Origin: Dehalococcoidia bacterium
GTDB lineage: Bacteria; Chloroflexota; Dehalococcoidia; Bin125
Length of the DNA: 64,000 bases
Direction of reading: 5' to 3'
Assembly: GCA_022828105.1 (NCBI GenBank)
Contig: JAJEJC010000001.1
Span: 174,090-238,089, forward strand
The notes under the pieces are model-generated. The model saw only the letters and a program-made list of their open reading frames with translations, was not told the origin of the DNA and did no database searches. Both the position numbers and the translations under genes were made by a program. Shown here piece after piece: positions 1-8,636 of the stretch (positions within the stretch are counted from its first letter, which is position 1; every line of letters begins with the position of its first letter).

Positions 1-13
1 CTACGACGCGTTC

Positions 14-1096
14 ATGACGGACGACGGGCGGCTTGCGTTCTCGATCGCGGATGTGTCGGGCAAGGGCGTGGCTTCGGCGCTGATGATGGCGGTCGGCCGC
101 GCAGTCTTGCGCAGCGCGGCGAATCAACATCCCGATCCCAGCGAGGCGATCGCCTCGACCAACGATCAGCTGTGCTCGATGAATCCGAAGGAACTGTTCA
201 TCACGGCGTTCTTCGGAGTGATCGACCTGCGGCTCGGCACGTTGACTTATGTCAATGCCGGGCACGATCCGCCTTACATCATGAACTCGAACGGGAAGCC
301 GGAGATGATTCCGCACACCGGGGGGATCGCACTCGGCGTGCTGCCCGGGCTGTCTTACGCGGAGACCACGTTGCCGCTCGATCCCGACGTCACGCTGTTC
401 CTCTACACCGACGGCATCACGGAAGCGGAGGACGCGGCAGGGCGACAGTTTGGACGCGAACGGCTTGAGGACAAACTGACCGAGTTTGCTTCCGAAGCGC
501 CGCAAGCACTGATGGCCGACATCCTGCAGGACCTGGCGGACTTCCGGGGCGATGCGAAGCAGTTCGACGACATTACCTGCATGGCGTTGCAGTTCAACGG
601 CGGCGAGGCGTCGCTCGACTCGTACATTCCGGGTCAGGGCGATGCAAGGCTGGCGTCGGGCTGGCGCCGGATGGTTGTGCAGCCGTCGCTGGATACCTCG
701 CTGCCGAGGGTCGCGGCGTTCATCGAGCGGTTCGCGGAGTCGGAGGGCTTTGATGCGACGGAAGTGTTCCGGCTGAATCTGGCGCTCGACGAGCTGCTGA
801 CCAACACGCTGGAGCACGGGTTCCCGGACCAGACGGAAGATGCGGAGATCACGGTCGCGCTGCGCAGCGAAGGCGATGTGGTCGTGGCACGCTACGAGGA
901 CAACGGTCCGGAGTTCAATCCGCTGGAGGCGGCAGAGCAGGACACTGAACTGGAACTTGATGAACGGCCGATCGGCGGTCTGGGGTTGCAGCTGATTGTG
1001 GCGTCGTTCGATGCAGTAAGCTATGAACGTGTCAATGACCGCAACGTCACTACGCTGAAACAGCGGAGGATGAGCGCGAGCGAGGACAGCGAGTAG
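14..1096 (+). CDS. PP2C/SpoIIE-type Ser phosphatase domain (C-terminal half visible) fused to an RsbW-like HATPase_c anti-sigma-factor kinase domain; the 5' end is cut by the window edge.
   Basis: SIADVSGKGVASALMM and DGITEAED are PP2C/SpoIIE motifs. The C-terminal EVFRLNLALDELLTNTLEHGF region looks like an RsbW/SpoIIAB-type HATPase N-box. The ORF runs to the window start. Confidence 0.75.
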   Translation: MTDDGRLAFSIADVSGKGVASALMMAVGRAVLRSAANQHPDPSEAIASTNDQLCSMNPKELFITAFFGVIDLRLGTLTYVNAGHDPPYIMNSNGKPEMIPHTGGIALGVLPGLSYAETTLPLDPDVTLFLYTDGITEAEDAAGRQFGRERLEDKLTEFASEAPQALMADILQDLADFRGDAKQFDDITCMALQFNGGEASLDSYIPGQGDARLASGWRRMVVQPSLDTSLPRVAAFIERFAESEGFDATEVFRLNLALDELLTNTLEHGFPDQTEDAEITVALRSEGDVVVARYEDNGPEFNPLEAAEQDTELELDERPIGGLGLQLIVASFDAVSYERVNDRNVTTLKQRRMSASEDSE

Positions 1097-1137
1097 GTTC
1101 GCCAGCGAATCTGCAAGCGCCGCAAAGGAGTTGCCCG

Positions 1138-1473
1138 ATGGTCGACCTCTACCCCGAATACGACAACACCGTGCTGGTGCTCAATCCGCTAGGACGAATC
1201 GACGGAACCAATGCCAAGGCGTTCGAGGAGGCGTTGCTGGGCCGCATCGATGCGGGTGATCACAACATCTTGATGAATTTCGAAGGGATCAACTACATCT
1301 CTTCCGCCGGTCTGCGAGTGCTGCTGATGGCGGCCAAGCGAACGAGTCAGTCGGCCGGGAAGCTCGCACTGTGCGCCGTTCAGGACCACATCCAGGAAGT
1401 GTTCAAGTTCTCCGGCTTCTCGGAGATCATCCCGATTCACGATGACCGACCCGGGGCGTTGAACACGTTCTAG
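1138..1473 (+). CDS. STAS-domain anti-sigma-factor antagonist (RsbV/SpoIIAA-like).
   Basis: 111 aa. INYISSAGLRVLL is the STAS signature with a phosphorylatable Ser. AAGGAG sits 8 nt upstream of the ATG. It lies directly downstream of the phosphatase/kinase fusion. Confidence 0.8.
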   Translation: MVDLYPEYDNTVLVLNPLGRIDGTNAKAFEEALLGRIDAGDHNILMNFEGINYISSAGLRVLLMAAKRTSQSAGKLALCAVQDHIQEVFKFSGFSEIIPIHDDRPGALNTF

Positions 1474-1503
1474 GGGCTGAGATCCGACAAGCGTGGGCCG
1501 AGC

Positions 1504-1534
1504 GGGCCCCTGCGTGAAGCAGGGACTAGGGCCC
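1504..1534. terminator. Hairpin repeat copy 1: GGGCCC-CTGC-GTGAA-GCAGG-GACTA-GGGCCC, between convergent genes.
   Basis: Perfect stem CCTGC/GCAGG with a GTGAA loop, flanked by self-complementary GGGCCC. No T-tract follows, as is typical in high-GC genomes. Confidence 0.45.
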
Positions 1535-1549
1535 GTGTTGTGGGAGCGT

Positions 1550-1570
1550 GTCCCTGCGTGAAGCGGGGAC
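1550..1570. terminator. Hairpin repeat copy 2: GTCCCTGC-GTGAA-GCGGGGAC.
   Basis: Same GTGAA loop and CCTGC stem with one G-U position. It sits 35 bp after copy 1, between the STAS gene (+) and the aminotransferase (-), so it could terminate either. Confidence 0.4.
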
Positions 1571-1585
1571 TGTGCATCGCGGCGA

Positions 1586-3022
1586 TTAGAGGCCGAGGTC
1601 GGACTCCAGCTTGGCGATTGCGCGGGAGATGCGGTTGACGAGTTCGTCGGCCTCTTCCAGGTTGGTGGTCAGCGGCGGGGCGAAGGGGATAGCTGCGCCG
1701 CCCCTGGCGAGGACGCCTTCGTCGCGCAGGTACTGGGTGACCCGAGCCTGCACGTTGTCGGCCTCGTCAAAGTCCTCGCCGCTGGCGGGGTCCTTCTTCA
1801 GCTCGATGACCTGCATCAGCCCGATGCCTCGGGTGTGGTGAATGGTGCGGTGCTGCTCGCGCAACTGGACGAGTCGCGAGCGGACGTGCTCGCCGACGCG
1901 GGCGGAGTTCTCGACCAGACCCTCGCGCTCGATGATGTTGAGGTTGCCCAGGGCGACGGCGCAGGAGACGGGGTTGGCGCCCCAGGTGATGCCGCCGATC
2001 GTACCGTCCTTGCCGGCCTCCTCGAAGGTGCGGGCGATGTTGTCGTTGACCAGTGTGGCGGCAATCGGCGAGTAGCCGGAAGAAATCTGCTTGGCAGTGG
2101 TCATGATGTCAGGCTCGACGTCGAAGTGGTCCATGCCGAACCACTTGCCAGTGCGGCCGAAGCCGTTGATCACTTCGTCGGCGATCAGCACGATGTCGTG
2201 CTTGTCGCAGATCTCACGCAGCGTCTGCCAGTACTTCTTGTCGGGGACCCAACTACCATTGGCGGTCGAGATCGGCTCGGCGATCATGGCGGCGACAGTG
2301 CCGGGGCCGGCTGCCATGATCGTGTCCTCGATGGTGCGGGCGCAGAAGACGTCGCAGTCGGGGAAGGTCTTCTCGTAGGGGCAGCGGTCGCAGTTGACGT
2401 TGGGCACGTGGATCGAGCCAGGCACGAGCGGTTCGTAAGGCGCGCGCATGGAGTAGGCGGCGGCGTTGACCGAGAGCGCACCGGCGGTCTGACCGTGGTA
2501 GGAGCCAATCCGCGAGATGACCTTGAACTTCTCGCCGTTGCCGCGGATGTGGTGGTAGTGCTTGGCGATCTTGAGCGCGTTCTCGACGGCTTCGGAGCCT
2601 CCGTTGACGAAGACGGCCTTGCGGATCGTCGAGGGCGTCAGTTCGAAGAGCTTGGACGCGAGCGCGACCGCCGGCTCGGAGGCGTAGGCGAAGGTGTTCT
2701 GGTACGCGAGGTTCGACATCTGCTCATGGGCGATGTCGGCCAGTTCGGTGCGGCCGTGTCCGACGGCGTTGAGCCAGAGTCCCGACATGGCGTCGATGTA
2801 CTCGCGACCCTGGTCGTCGTGGAGGAAGATGCCCTCGCCCTTGCGGATCACCAGCAGGCCGTCATCGGCGGCAAGGTCGGCGTAGGACTGGGTCGGGATC
2901 CAGAGGTGCTCCAGAGATTGCTGTCGGAGTTCCGTATTTGTCTGCGTGGTCATGCAAGGTCCTGTCGTGCCATGTGTTGTCAGGACAGGATAGGCGCAAT
3001 GCCGCGGCGATGGGGCGGTCAA
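1586..3022 (-). CDS. Class III (omega) pyridoxal-phosphate aminotransferase.
   Basis: LIADEVINGFGRTGKWFG and DIMTTAKQISSGY carry the PLP-lysine region of the AT-III family. An alternative ATG at 2953 (MTTQTNTEL) would give the usual ~455 aa. Confidence 0.85.
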   Translation of the reverse strand: MTAPSPRHCAYPVLTTHGTTGPCMTTQTNTELRQQSLEHLWIPTQSYADLAADDGLLVIRKGEGIFLHDDQGREYIDAMSGLWLNAVGHGRTELADIAHEQMSNLAYQNTFAYASEPAVALASKLFELTPSTIRKAVFVNGGSEAVENALKIAKHYHHIRGNGEKFKVISRIGSYHGQTAGALSVNAAAYSMRAPYEPLVPGSIHVPNVNCDRCPYEKTFPDCDVFCARTIEDTIMAAGPGTVAAMIAEPISTANGSWVPDKKYWQTLREICDKHDIVLIADEVINGFGRTGKWFGMDHFDVEPDIMTTAKQISSGYSPIAATLVNDNIARTFEEAGKDGTIGGITWGANPVSCAVALGNLNIIEREGLVENSARVGEHVRSRLVQLREQHRTIHHTRGIGLMQVIELKKDPASGEDFDEADNVQARVTQYLRDEGVLARGGAAIPFAPPLTTNLEEADELVNRISRAIAKLESDLGL

Positions 3023-3624
3023 CGTTGGGCGGAGGTTGGGGCGCCTCGGGCTCGGAGGTCGTAGGCCATGATGACGAGATCGCGGAGCCGGCCGCTGCGG
3101 TCCATGACCCAGCCGGGCAACGTGGCGACCGCCTGGAAGCCGAGCGACTCGAAGACGGCCTGGGCGCTGTGTTGATCGTGGGTCATGCGCGCGGAGATGC
3201 GCTCGAGACCAATCGAGTCGGCGATCGCGAAGATCTCTTCGGCGAGGAAGCGACCCAGGCCCTGACCGCGGATTTGCGAGTTGACGGTGACGCGAATCTC
3301 GCCGATGTGCTCGGTCCAGCCGGCCTCGTTGTGGACCAGCGAGGCCTCGCCGACGATGTCACCGCTGTCGACGGCGAGCACGGTGCTGGTGCGGTGTTCG
3401 GCGATGTTCTCGAGCCAGCGGTCGACGACGCTTTCGTCGGTGATGTCCCAGGGCAGGTAGAGCAGATCGTCGCGGGAGAGCGAGCGGGCGAAGGCGAGGA
3501 ATCTCGACTTGTCGGCCTCACTCATCAGGCGCATGTCGATCTCGCGGCCGCCGCGCAGGGTGGCGCGGCTGGGGTATCGCCGCGCGATCAGGGCGGCTTG
3601 GCGGGCGGATGCTTCGGTGGTCAT
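3019..3624 (-). CDS. GNAT family N-acetyltransferase.
   Basis: RGQGLGRFLAEEIFAIADSIGLERI is the acetyl-CoA-binding motif A of the GNAT fold. Confidence 0.8.
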   Translation of the reverse strand: MTTEASARQAALIARRYPSRATLRGGREIDMRLMSEADKSRFLAFARSLSRDDLLYLPWDITDESVVDRWLENIAEHRTSTVLAVDSGDIVGEASLVHNEAGWTEHIGEIRVTVNSQIRGQGLGRFLAEEIFAIADSIGLERISARMTHDQHSAQAVFESLGFQAVATLPGWVMDRSGRLRDLVIMAYDLRARGAPTSAQR

Positions 3625-3755
3625 CGATCTTCTCCCGTTTCACTGTCCTGACGCGTTGGCGACGGCTCAATCCGATCTCTGCGTTCGCGTGCGCGCAGAG
3701 TACCACCGCGCGCACGCAATCGATTGCAAGCGTGCTACGAGTTTCAGGCGGACCC

Positions 3756-4322
3756 TCAGCTTGACGGTGGTCGCCAACGGGTGGTCTTGGGCTGGAGGCG
3801 GGCGCCGCGGTCGGCGGCCGAGTCTACTTCGATCATGACATCGTCGCCCGGGTACATCGTGCCCTGGCGGACGACGCGCGCGTAGAGTCGTGATCGACCG
3901 GGATGGGTGGCCTGGTTGATGCGGTTGAAGTCGCCGTCGCGGAAGCAGTGGGCGATGATCCGGCAGGGCGCGGCGTAGGAGGTGATTTCTACAATCACCT
4001 GCTCGCCGAGGTGGACGCGCGAGCCGGGCACCAGCTTCTTCCAGTCGAGGCCGCGGACGGTGACGTTCTCACCCGTGGTACCGGGTCCGATTTTGTGACC
4101 GTCGGCGCGCAACTGGTCGAGGATTTCCGCGGAGAAGAGGCAGACGGCGCGCTCGGTTCCGCCGTGGTGGCGGCGGTCGCGCTGGCGGTCTCGGGTCAGG
4201 CCGAACTCGTTGACAACCGCCTCGGGCACGGCGCGTTTGGGCACGCCGCCGGGCGAGACGTTGAGTTGTTCGATGCGGCCGGTGGTCCTGGTGCTCGGTG
4301 TGGTCATGTCGCTCTCCACCAT
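3756..4322 (-). CDS. MOSC-domain protein (YiiM-like).
   Basis: HGGTERAVCLFSAEIL followed by GENVTVRGLD, ending at a conserved Cys (SYAAPC). Confidence 0.75.
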   Translation of the reverse strand: MVESDMTTPSTRTTGRIEQLNVSPGGVPKRAVPEAVVNEFGLTRDRQRDRRHHGGTERAVCLFSAEILDQLRADGHKIGPGTTGENVTVRGLDWKKLVPGSRVHLGEQVIVEITSYAAPCRIIAHCFRDGDFNRINQATHPGRSRLYARVVRQGTMYPGDDVMIEVDSAADRGARLQPKTTRWRPPSS

Positions 4323-4360
4323 GCTTCCGCGATTGGCACGAGTCTAGGGCTTGCTGCGCG

Positions 4361-4478
4361 GGGGGAGAGGGGAGCCCCCCTCTGCCTTCGGCATCTCCCC
4401 CCGCTTCGCGGGGGGAGAGGGGAAGATGCGCTCGGCATTCCACGTGCTGCGCGGGGGGAGAAGGGATCAGCTGCGCCA
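4361..4478. repeat. Palindromic G/C-rich repeat element, copy A (core 4384-4433 with extra GCGCGGGGGGAGAGGGGA arms).
   Basis: The core reads cccccctctgccttcggcatctccccccgcttcgcggggggagaggggaag. It holds an 11-bp perfect hairpin tctccccccgc/ttc/gcggggggaga plus AGAGGGG/CCCCTCT pairing. Confidence 0.8.
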
Positions 4479-6095
4479 GTGGGCGATCATGCCGTCGACG
4501 TAGAGGACTCGGAGGGCGGAGAGGAGGCCGGGGAGGAGTTGGGCTCGCTGTTGATCAGGGACGCCTTCGAGCAGGTCGTCGAGCAGGTCTCGGACGGGGC
4601 GGCGGCCGTCGATTCTTGCGGCGAGCGCGGCGATCAGTGTCGAGATGGGCGCTCCTTGCGGGCGGGAGGTGGAGGAGATCACGGCGCCCCACTCGAACTG
4701 TCCCTCGCCGATGACCGGCTTGCGCTCGATCCGGACGCCGTCGGCGAGGCTGGGTACGGCGTCGAGCATCGGGCTGCGGTTGGGCCAGGCGGCGTCGATC
4801 AGGCGGGCCATCTCGGTGTCGCGGCGCTGGCGCTCCTGCTCGACGGCGGCGACGCCGTCGACGAAGTCGGGCGGCGCTTCGCCCTTTTCCAAGACGACGC
4901 GTTCGTAGCCTTGAGGCGGCTGTCCGGCGACGGCGGCGATAAAGGCTTCGCGCGGGGAGATGTCCTCCGCGCCGTGTACGATGCGGCGCGCTTCCCAGAA
5001 GTAGGAGTCGGAGGTGCGGTTGGAGGCGTAGAAGAGAGCAGCCATCTCGCGGAACTGGTGGTACTGCTGCATGTAGAGCTGGGTGTAGACCTCGGCGGCG
5101 GGCCCGCGCATGTCGGTGTCGCGCAAGGCAGAGGTGACGTAGGCGGAGGCGAGCAGCGCCGAAGAAAGCGCGAGGTGAACGCCGGAGGAGAAGAGCGGGT
5201 CGATGAAGCAGGCCGCGTCGCCAACGAGAATGTAGCCGTCGCCGACCAGGCGTTGCGAGGTGTAGGACCAGTCGCGGATTACGCGCGGCTCGTCGATCGG
5301 GGAGGCGTCGGCGAGCATGGCCGAGGTCTTGCGGGTCATGCCGAGTTGTCCGGCGTAGAACATGTCGGTCCCGGCGTCTGAGAGTTGCGCGCCGCCCCAG
5401 GCGGCGTCGACGACGACGCCAACCGACATCACGTCGTCGGGCAGGGGAATGGCCCAGGACCAGCCGTGCTCGTAGGCCTCGATGAAGATGTTGCCGGCGT
5501 CGGGTTCGGGCAGGCGCTGCGCGCCGCGGTAGTAACTGTAGACGGCGAGGTTGCGGAAGAAGTCGTCGTGCTCGCGCGTCTCGAGGCGACGGGCGATGAA
5601 GCCGGTCTGTCCGCTGGCGTCGACGATCCAGTCGGGCGTGAAGCGGTGCGTCTCGCCGTCGGGCGACTCGACCGTCAGCGAGGTCGGTTTGTCCCCGTCG
5701 AAGGCGACGTCGGTGACGCGCCAGCCTTCGCGCACGTCAACGCCGTTGCGCTCGGCGTTGCGCAGGAGCATCTGGTCGAAGGTCGGACGCCAGACCTGGT
5801 AGGCGTGTGGATAGCTGGCGTTGGTCTCGGCGAAGTGCCAGGACCAGGGCTCGGGGTCGCGGCCCCAGACCATGGTCGCGCCGTACTTGGGGGTGAAGCC
5901 GGCGGCTTCGATCTCATCGATGATCCCGAGGGTTTCAAGTATTGGGATGGAGGCGGGAAGGAGTGACTCGCCGACGTGCTCGCGGGGAAAGACTTCGCGC
6001 TCGAAGAGGGTGATGTTGAAGCCCTGTCGGGCGAGGAGGGTGGCGGCGGTGGAGCCGCCTGGTCCACCGCCGATGACGATGATGCTGTCGGACAT
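4467..6095 (-). CDS. FAD-dependent halogenase-like oxidoreductase (tryptophan-halogenase family) with a ~120-aa C-terminal extension.
   Basis: N-terminal IVIGGGPGGSTAA is GxGxxG. GWSWAIPL matches the WxWxIP flavin-halogenase signature. Lys in GFTPKYGATMVW sits where the catalytic Lys would be. GDAACFIDPLFSSG is the FAD motif. Confidence 0.8.
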   Translation of the reverse strand: MSDSIIVIGGGPGGSTAATLLARQGFNITLFEREVFPREHVGESLLPASIPILETLGIIDEIEAAGFTPKYGATMVWGRDPEPWSWHFAETNASYPHAYQVWRPTFDQMLLRNAERNGVDVREGWRVTDVAFDGDKPTSLTVESPDGETHRFTPDWIVDASGQTGFIARRLETREHDDFFRNLAVYSYYRGAQRLPEPDAGNIFIEAYEHGWSWAIPLPDDVMSVGVVVDAAWGGAQLSDAGTDMFYAGQLGMTRKTSAMLADASPIDEPRVIRDWSYTSQRLVGDGYILVGDAACFIDPLFSSGVHLALSSALLASAYVTSALRDTDMRGPAAEVYTQLYMQQYHQFREMAALFYASNRTSDSYFWEARRIVHGAEDISPREAFIAAVAGQPPQGYERVVLEKGEAPPDFVDGVAAVEQERQRRDTEMARLIDAAWPNRSPMLDAVPSLADGVRIERKPVIGEGQFEWGAVISSTSRPQGAPISTLIAALAARIDGRRPVRDLLDDLLEGVPDQQRAQLLPGLLSALRVLYVDGMIAHWRS

Positions 6096-6130
6096 GAGAT
6101 GAGGTTATCGGGCGTTGTTGGATCGTGAGG

Positions 6131-6190
6131 TGGGGAACCCCCCTCTGCCTTCGGCATCTCCCCCCGCTTGCGCGGGGGGAGAGGGGAGAC
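6131..6190. repeat. Palindromic G/C-rich repeat element, copy B.
   Basis: gggaacccccctctgccttcggcatctccccccgcttgcgcggggggagaggggag. Same family and same orientation as copy A. Confidence 0.8.
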
Positions 6191-6266
6191 CAGAGATGTT
6201 GGTTGAGGGAACGCGAGAGACCCGCGCCGGGGCGCGGGTCTCTGTTGGGTGAACCCGGGTGGTGGA

Positions 6267-7562
6267 CTAGTCGCCGGGGAAGGCGGCTCCGGAACCGGTG
6301 TTGACTTCGAAGGCTCCCTTGAGGTCGAGTTCCTTGCCCATCTCGCGGACGGCGGGGATGACTTCCTCGCCGAAGAGGCGGAGGGAGCGCATGGCGTCGT
6401 CGTGGTTCATCGCGCCGTCGCCGTCCCAGAAGAAGATGTTGCCGGGGCGCAACTCTTCGAGGACGTGGCGGATCTTGGGGATTACGGTCTTGGGCGTACC
6501 CGTGATGATCGAGTACTTGTTGACCTGTTCCTCGTAGGTACCGAAGGCGTCAGCGTCCTGCTTGTCGGTTTCGGCATCCTTCTCGGCCAGCGCGGCGTCG
6601 CGCTCGGCCTGGCGGCCGCGAGCGGCGGCGGCGAAGGTGGTGACCGTCGGCAGCAGCGCGGTGCGGCTGGTCAGACCGGGCAGGTTCTGCAGGTTGCTGC
6701 GAACCGTGCCCTGGTTGCCCTCGAGGAACGGGTTGGCGGGACCGGAGATGTACTTGCGTCCGGCTTCCTCGGCCAGTTCCTCGGTCTCGTCGACGTGGAC
6801 CTTGAAGAGGTAGCCGTGGTGCTCCGTCGATGCCTCGTAGCCGTTTTCGCGCGCGACCTCGTCGTAGTAGTTGAACGACTGCTTGGTCGGCTCGATCTCG
6901 GTGGCGAGCATGACGTAGGGGTAGCGATGCTCGGCGCACCACTTGACGGTGTTGCGCGACATCACGCCGGGGATCCAGATCTGCGGGTGCGGATCCTGGT
7001 AGGGGCGGGCCCAGGGGTTGACGTAGCGGTACTGGTAGTGCTCGCCTTCCCAGCGGAAGGGACCTGGAGTCGACCAGGCCTTGACAACGAAGTCGTGGGC
7101 TTCCTGGAAGCGCTCCCAGTTGAAGGGCGCCTGCGAGTTGTGGGCAACGGACTCGCGGCCGGTACCGCGCACCCAGCCGGTGACCAGGCGGCCGCGCGAG
7201 ATCATGTCGATCTCGGCGAGCTCCTCGGCCAGCCAGAGCGGGTCTTCCCAGATCGGCAGGACGTTGCCGAGCAGGACGATCTTGGCGCGCTTGGTGATGC
7301 GGGCGAGGATGGCCGCTTCGACGTTCATCACGCCGCCCATGCAGAAAGGCGTGGAGTGATGCTCGTTGAGCATCAGGCCGTCGAAGCCCATCTCCTCGGC
7401 GTAGACCTTCTCGTCGAGGTAGCGGTTGTAGAGTTCCGCGCCGATGCGGGGATCGTAGTCCCCGTTGGTCATGCCCAGGTCCTCAATCTCACGCCCGGTC
7501 GCGCCGACCCAGCCTGATTCGAAGTCCTGGTAGGGACGCTCGGTGAAATAGCCAATGAACAT
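6267..7562 (-). CDS. LLM-class (luciferase-like) flavin-dependent oxidoreductase.
   Basis: LNEHHSTPFCMGG and EIDMISRGRL are typical of the luciferase-like monooxygenase TIM barrel. 431 aa including a C-terminal tail. Confidence 0.85.
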   Translation of the reverse strand: MFIGYFTERPYQDFESGWVGATGREIEDLGMTNGDYDPRIGAELYNRYLDEKVYAEEMGFDGLMLNEHHSTPFCMGGVMNVEAAILARITKRAKIVLLGNVLPIWEDPLWLAEELAEIDMISRGRLVTGWVRGTGRESVAHNSQAPFNWERFQEAHDFVVKAWSTPGPFRWEGEHYQYRYVNPWARPYQDPHPQIWIPGVMSRNTVKWCAEHRYPYVMLATEIEPTKQSFNYYDEVARENGYEASTEHHGYLFKVHVDETEELAEEAGRKYISGPANPFLEGNQGTVRSNLQNLPGLTSRTALLPTVTTFAAAARGRQAERDAALAEKDAETDKQDADAFGTYEEQVNKYSIITGTPKTVIPKIRHVLEELRPGNIFFWDGDGAMNHDDAMRSLRLFGEEVIPAVREMGKELDLKGAFEVNTGSGAAFPGD

Positions 7563-7657
7563 GGTTCCGGTTCCTGTTCCTCCGACTCAGTGCGGCATTG
7601 CCCGAGCCGATTGTGCGCTGCTGAGAATGATACGCGATCCCGAACCGCCTGCCCCGC

Positions 7658-8452
7658 CTAGAGTCCCGAGATGAACGAGCTGATTGCGTCGGCGGCGGCC
7701 TGCGGGTTCTCCAGTTCGACGAGGTGTCCCGCGCCCTCGATGACCTGCAGGGTGCTGTTGGGCAGGCTGGCGTCGTAGACCTCGGCCACGCCGATCGGCG
7801 TCACACGGTCGTTCTCGCCCCAGAGCAGCAGCGTAGGCGTCTCGACCTCGCCGATCAGGTGGGGAAGCTGCCGATTGAACATCCACGGCTTCCAGGTCAG
7901 GCGGGCGGTCATCTCGCGGGAGAAGTCCCACAGTTCCTTGAGTTCGGGCGCGGCTTCGTCGCCGAAGACTTCGGCGTACGCCTCGTCGGAGGAGAAGCCG
8001 AGCTTCACGTACTCTTCGAACTCGTAGAAGATCACGTCGGCGATTTCGCCCTCCTCGGGCTGGACGCCGGCGGCGCCGACCAGGACCAGGCTGTCGAGGC
8101 CGTGCAGGTGCATGGCGGCAAGCTCGGCCGCGACCCAGCCGCCGAAGCCCATGCCGACCATGTGGGCGTCGTTGTCGATGCCCATCTTGTGCACGGCGCT
8201 GTGCAGCAGCATGGCAATGTCGCGCGGGTGCCGCGCCCAGGTCGGCCGTTCGGACTGTCCGTAGCCGGGCATGTCGATCGCGGTGACGGTGTGGTTCTGG
8301 GCGAGCAGGTCGTAGAAGGGAATCCAACCGGGCGAGCCGGTGGAGTGGTGGAGGACGACGATGTTCGGTCCGCTGCCGTCCTGCAGCGCGTTCACCTTGA
8401 GTCCCGCGACTTCAACGGCGATCTGCGTGTGTGTCTCTGTCTCTGTGGTCAT
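7658..8452 (-). CDS. Alpha/beta-hydrolase fold protein.
   Basis: HGSTGS region, nucleophile elbow MVGMGFGGW, and a C-terminal GAGHLVELE His motif. The track ORF extends to 8815 but the upstream 121 aa are low-complexity. MTTETETH at 8452 is the plausible start. Confidence 0.8.
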   Translation of the reverse strand: MTTETETHTQIAVEVAGLKVNALQDGSGPNIVVLHHSTGSPGWIPFYDLLAQNHTVTAIDMPGYGQSERPTWARHPRDIAMLLHSAVHKMGIDNDAHMVGMGFGGWVAAELAAMHLHGLDSLVLVGAAGVQPEEGEIADVIFYEFEEYVKLGFSSDEAYAEVFGDEAAPELKELWDFSREMTARLTWKPWMFNRQLPHLIGEVETPTLLLWGENDRVTPIGVAEVYDASLPNSTLQVIEGAGHLVELENPQAAADAISSFISGL

Positions 8453-8636
8453 ACGCGTGCTCCTGAATCCCTGCCGGGGAATTGGCGTCTGAGTGTGCCT
8501 GGATCGTCTGGCGGACGAACTAGTTAGGCGCAGGCTAAGCGCCAATCGAGTGTTGGGCAATTGCGGGTGGGCTGCGGTGTCGGGCGACCCTGCCGGGGGC
8601 CGTGCATAGTACGTGCGGTCGTAGCATGACGGCATC

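Noticed and set aside
1835-3064. A 409-aa + strand ORF.
   Set aside because: Antisense to the class III aminotransferase. Gly/Asp/Val-rich with no motifs.
3903-5381. A 492-aa + strand ORF.
   Set aside because: Antisense to the halogenase-like gene. Low-complexity G/A/D/V composition.
6249-7517. A 422-aa + strand ORF.
   Set aside because: Antisense to the LLM oxidoreductase. No domain signal.
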